This document shows positions 61,408 to 64,000 of a DNA stretch of 64,000 nt, piece by piece. Where the stretch lies: positions 64,001 through 128,000 of IMG/VR virus record IMGVR_UViG_3300010224_000001. One strand, written 5' to 3'. The notes beneath the pieces are model-generated. The model did not search any database and was not told the origin of the DNA. It saw only the letters and a list, made by a program, of their open reading frames with translations. The DNA is from a virus. The first letter of the stretch is position 1. The number at the start of each line of letters is the position of its first letter. A program made the position numbers and the translations under genes.

Positions 61408-62307
61408 ATGAAAATTAGCAATAGTGCTCTGAAACGCGTTCTGACTCCGGAACGTTTAGCTGAACTTAATTTGCGGCCAGCTGAACTTTCCAACGAAGAT
61501 ATTCTGGCTCTCTTAACGCCTGAAAAGCAAGCAGAGTTAAATCTGCGCGCCCCGCGAGAAACAGATGAGAATTACGATCATATTCCTCTGATCGAATTCT
61601 TCTGTGAGTCACATCTCTTTGATGTGATTCCTAAACCCGTGCAAGCGTTTAAGAAGATTGCCAAGTGGTTTACCCATTCTCCCGCGCATCTGAAGTTAGA
61701 AGACAATCCACCCCGTGATCATTTCGGTGCCGGAGTGATGACCGTGAAAAGCTGCTTACCGCTACTTGACGGTATGTCACTGGGTTACGTGATTTCAACT
61801 GCTGCTGACTTTACAGTTCGTACCGGACCGAAAGGTTCAGATCTGTTTGAGATCATTAACCCACCACTGTTGTCGATGGCAGGTACGCACAATCCTATTC
61901 AATTAGGTGGTGCAAAGAATAGCCCTACCGGACCTCGTCCGTTAATCAAGTTTCATAATCCTTGGGTTGTCAAGACACGTCCAGGTTGGTCCACCCTGTT
62001 TGTTCCTGTGTTAAACCACATGGAGAAACGTTGGACCTGTCTGGCTGCGGCGGTCGATACTGACACGTATCCCAAACAAGTCAACTTCCCAGCAGTCTTC
62101 CATGCAGATAACTTCGATGAAGTCATTCCTGCTGGTACTCCGCTGATGGTAGCTATCCCATATCGTCGTCAATTTGTCGAGCGTGATATCAATGTTCGCA
62201 CGATGACGAAAGAAGAACAGGATGAAATCTCGCGCATCACTCGGGTGCAAGATTCTCGTTCCCATTACTATACTTCCGAACTGCGTGAGTCCGGAAAGAA
62301 GGACTGA
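61408..62307 (+). CDS. DUF6065-like protein, predicted dUTPase-like beta fold
   Basis: KSCLP..D....GY, KF.NPW...T.PGWS.L, VDTD....VNFP and IPAGTPL...IP motifs. Confidence 0.6.
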   Translation: MKISNSALKRVLTPERLAELNLRPAELSNEDILALLTPEKQAELNLRAPRETDENYDHIPLIEFFCESHLFDVIPKPVQAFKKIAKWFTHSPAHLKLEDNPPRDHFGAGVMTVKSCLPLLDGMSLGYVISTAADFTVRTGPKGSDLFEIINPPLLSMAGTHNPIQLGGAKNSPTGPRPLIKFHNPWVVKTRPGWSTLFVPVLNHMEKRWTCLAAAVDTDTYPKQVNFPAVFHADNFDEVIPAGTPLMVAIPYRRQFVERDINVRTMTKEEQDEISRITRVQDSRSHYYTSELRESGKKD

Positions 62308-62313
62308 AAACAA

Positions 62314-63099
62314 ATGAGTAACTTCCACCTGATACGGACTTTGAAAGACACAGTTATTAAACTGCTGACACGCTCTACACCTTCGTTGATTAAATTCGCT
62401 TGTAGCCGGGGCGGTTATTATGTAGCCACTCCAGTTACTACTGCGCGCGAACTCGTTCCTAACTTTGTTAAGGAGCAGATTCGTAATGCAAAGGCAGCGA
62501 ATAACGGCACTGGTAAAGCGATAGCTAAGTTTGTGCGTTGTCCAGGCATGCATGACTTATCTCAGCAAGGTTATTTGGTCTACGCCCATACCGACATCCA
62601 CATCATGGCTAGTAAACACACCGTCGTGGTGGATACGCCATTGGTGCCAGCTGCGGAACTGGGCTGTAAGCCAATGGACTTTGAAGTTGTGGATGGGTTA
62701 GCACCTATTCCCGACAACGTCAAGAAGGGTGTGTTCAAAGTTCCGTGTCCGTGGGGGGTTCATACCGACCCTGGTTACTCAGCACATGTTCTCCCTGCCT
62801 TCTATCACTTCCCGTACTTTGATAAAGTGTATGTGTATCCAGGCACGGTAGACTACGATGATTTCCATACGTTGAATTTCATCATCAGTCCGATCGCGCA
62901 GTGTGATTTCGTTATTCCGGCAGGTACACCTTTATTGCAAATCATTCCGTTTAAGCGAGAAGATTTCCATGGCACTTCAGGTCCGGCTTCGGACATTGAA
63001 CGGGACCGTCTTTTGTTTGGCTTCCCGAGCCGTGTTAAGGGTGCTTATCGTCGACTGTTTTTCAAGAAGAAGACATTCACCATTGAGGTTACTAAATGA
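62314..63099 (+). CDS. Second DUF6065-like paralog
   Basis: RCPGM.D....GY, K...PW...T.PGYS, GTVDYD....LNF and IPAGTPLLQIIPF; clearly parallel to the upstream gene. Confidence 0.6.
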   Translation: MSNFHLIRTLKDTVIKLLTRSTPSLIKFACSRGGYYVATPVTTARELVPNFVKEQIRNAKAANNGTGKAIAKFVRCPGMHDLSQQGYLVYAHTDIHIMASKHTVVVDTPLVPAAELGCKPMDFEVVDGLAPIPDNVKKGVFKVPCPWGVHTDPGYSAHVLPAFYHFPYFDKVYVYPGTVDYDDFHTLNFIISPIAQCDFVIPAGTPLLQIIPFKREDFHGTSGPASDIERDRLLFGFPSRVKGAYRRLFFKKKTFTIEVTK

Positions 63100-63551
63100 C
63101 CACCATTATTTACTTCTACACTGACCGTACGTTAAAGACGGCGACGTGGGCGGGTCCAATGCCTGAAGTGTGGGAAAAGATTTCTGGCTTAACGCCGGAT
63201 AACTACAACGACGCCCGTGAGCTGAGCTGGGCCGGTGCTGAGTACGCGGGTAAAGGTTTCATGACGCGTCAAGATGCTCTCGACCAAGGCGTTATCTCAA
63301 ACGTTCTGGACGACCTGACTCAGACCGCCTACGACTTTGAATGGTCGCGCCTGGATCCGATCCGTCAACAACTGATCAGCGACATCCAATGGCGTATTGA
63401 TCGTTACAATAGTTACGTCCGTCAAAGCTTGACTCCTCCGGAACCCGTCGAACCTTTGGATGCGTATGTGCAAGCAATTCGTGACTTGAGTACCCTTTAC
63501 ACGAATCCGTTTGACATCGTATGGCCTACAGTGCCTCCGCTTCCGGCATAA
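63096..63551 (+). CDS. Tail fibre assembly chaperone
   Basis: C-terminal R..LI...W...YVQAIRDL.......I.WP..P signature of tail fibre assembly proteins. Confidence 0.8.
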   Translation: MTTIIYFYTDRTLKTATWAGPMPEVWEKISGLTPDNYNDARELSWAGAEYAGKGFMTRQDALDQGVISNVLDDLTQTAYDFEWSRLDPIRQQLISDIQWRIDRYNSYVRQSLTPPEPVEPLDAYVQAIRDLSTLYTNPFDIVWPTVPPLPA

Positions 63552-63604
63552 TAGCAAAACATACCTTGCGCCAGAGCGATTGTGGTCGCTCTGGCTTTTA
63601 TGCG
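63544..63604 (+). terminator. Hairpin closing the fibre/oxygenase operon
   Basis: GCCAGAGCGA-TTGTGG-TCGCTCTGGC, then TTTTATGCG. Confidence 0.7.
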
Positions 63605-63650
63605 ATCTGTTTATAAATATTTTTTTACTTTAGCGGTAGGAGAGTTTTAG

Positions 63651-64000
63651 ATGGCACCTGTCCCAATTAAATACCCTCTTGATCCGACTGGCATTTCTCC
63701 GGCTAACTTAGTGCAGGGAGAAGCAAAGACACTTAACAATGCCAAGATCAGGGTGTTTGGAACGCTATACGGTCCGTTCTTTACCGAGTCATTAGTAGTG
63801 AAAGATGCTGCTAACGGTCGCGTATTGACTCGGGATGTGGATTACTACGCAACAGAGATGTATCAATTGCCGACAGAAATGTACGGTAAAGAAATCTGTG
63901 CAATTATCATTATCACCAATCAAACGGTCAGTCCCAATGTGACTGTTGATTATCAAGTGTTAGGCGGTGAGTTCAGTTATTCGTACGATGCAATCGTGCA
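63651..64000 (+). CDS. Tail fibre/structural protein (3' partial), paralog of the 57785 N-terminal domain
   Basis: Manual translation MAPVPIKYPLDPTGISPANLV...YGPFFTESL...DYQVLGGEF; AGGAG RBS; absent from the ORF track. Confidence 0.8.
   Translation, partial: MAPVPIKYPLDPTGISPANLVQGEAKTLNNAKIRVFGTLYGPFFTESLVVKDAANGRVLTRDVDYYATEMYQLPTEMYGKEICAIIIITNQTVSPNVTVDYQVLGGEFSYSYDAIV

Noticed and set aside
1-64000. tRNA genes, chimallin/PhuZ, alternative genetic code
   Set aside because: No cloverleaf seen in the short intergenic gaps, no shell or tubulin gene recognised, and core genes are full length in the standard code.

Overview
This window is 64 kb of a phiKZ-like jumbo myophage genome (Chimalliviridae-type gene set). 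Identifications come from motif recognition and recalled phiKZ/SPN3US gene order, not from database searches. It holds the large terminase, tail sheath and tube, a gp175-type head protease, four split subunits of the virion RNA polymerase, a gp181-type tape measure/lytic transglycosylase, a RecA/UvsX-like ATPase, RNase H, an SbcC/Rad50 ATPase, a probable spanin pair, a baseplate spike with PAAR tip, and a tail fibre region. Four observations stand out. (1) An operon at 57.8-63.6 kb couples a fibre protein and a Pro/Gly/Asn/Thr/Tyr repeat protein to a 2OG-Fe(II) hydroxylase, two paralogous dUTPase-fold/DUF6065-like proteins and a fibre chaperone. The repeat protein has a nested, mirror-symmetric layout with two CPxGW...C tips, and the operon is a candidate fibre-modification system. 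(2) A GIY-YIG homing endonuclease sits between two diverged copies of the sbcC 3' end, and the orphaned copy is absent from the ORF track. (3) A second GIY-YIG nuclease is fused in frame to RNase H across an A6 run that is one base away from a TAATG stop/start junction. (4) Intergenic hairpins are repeatedly followed by TTATG(A/C)CG rather than a U-tract. No tRNA, rRNA, CRISPR array or chimallin gene was seen.
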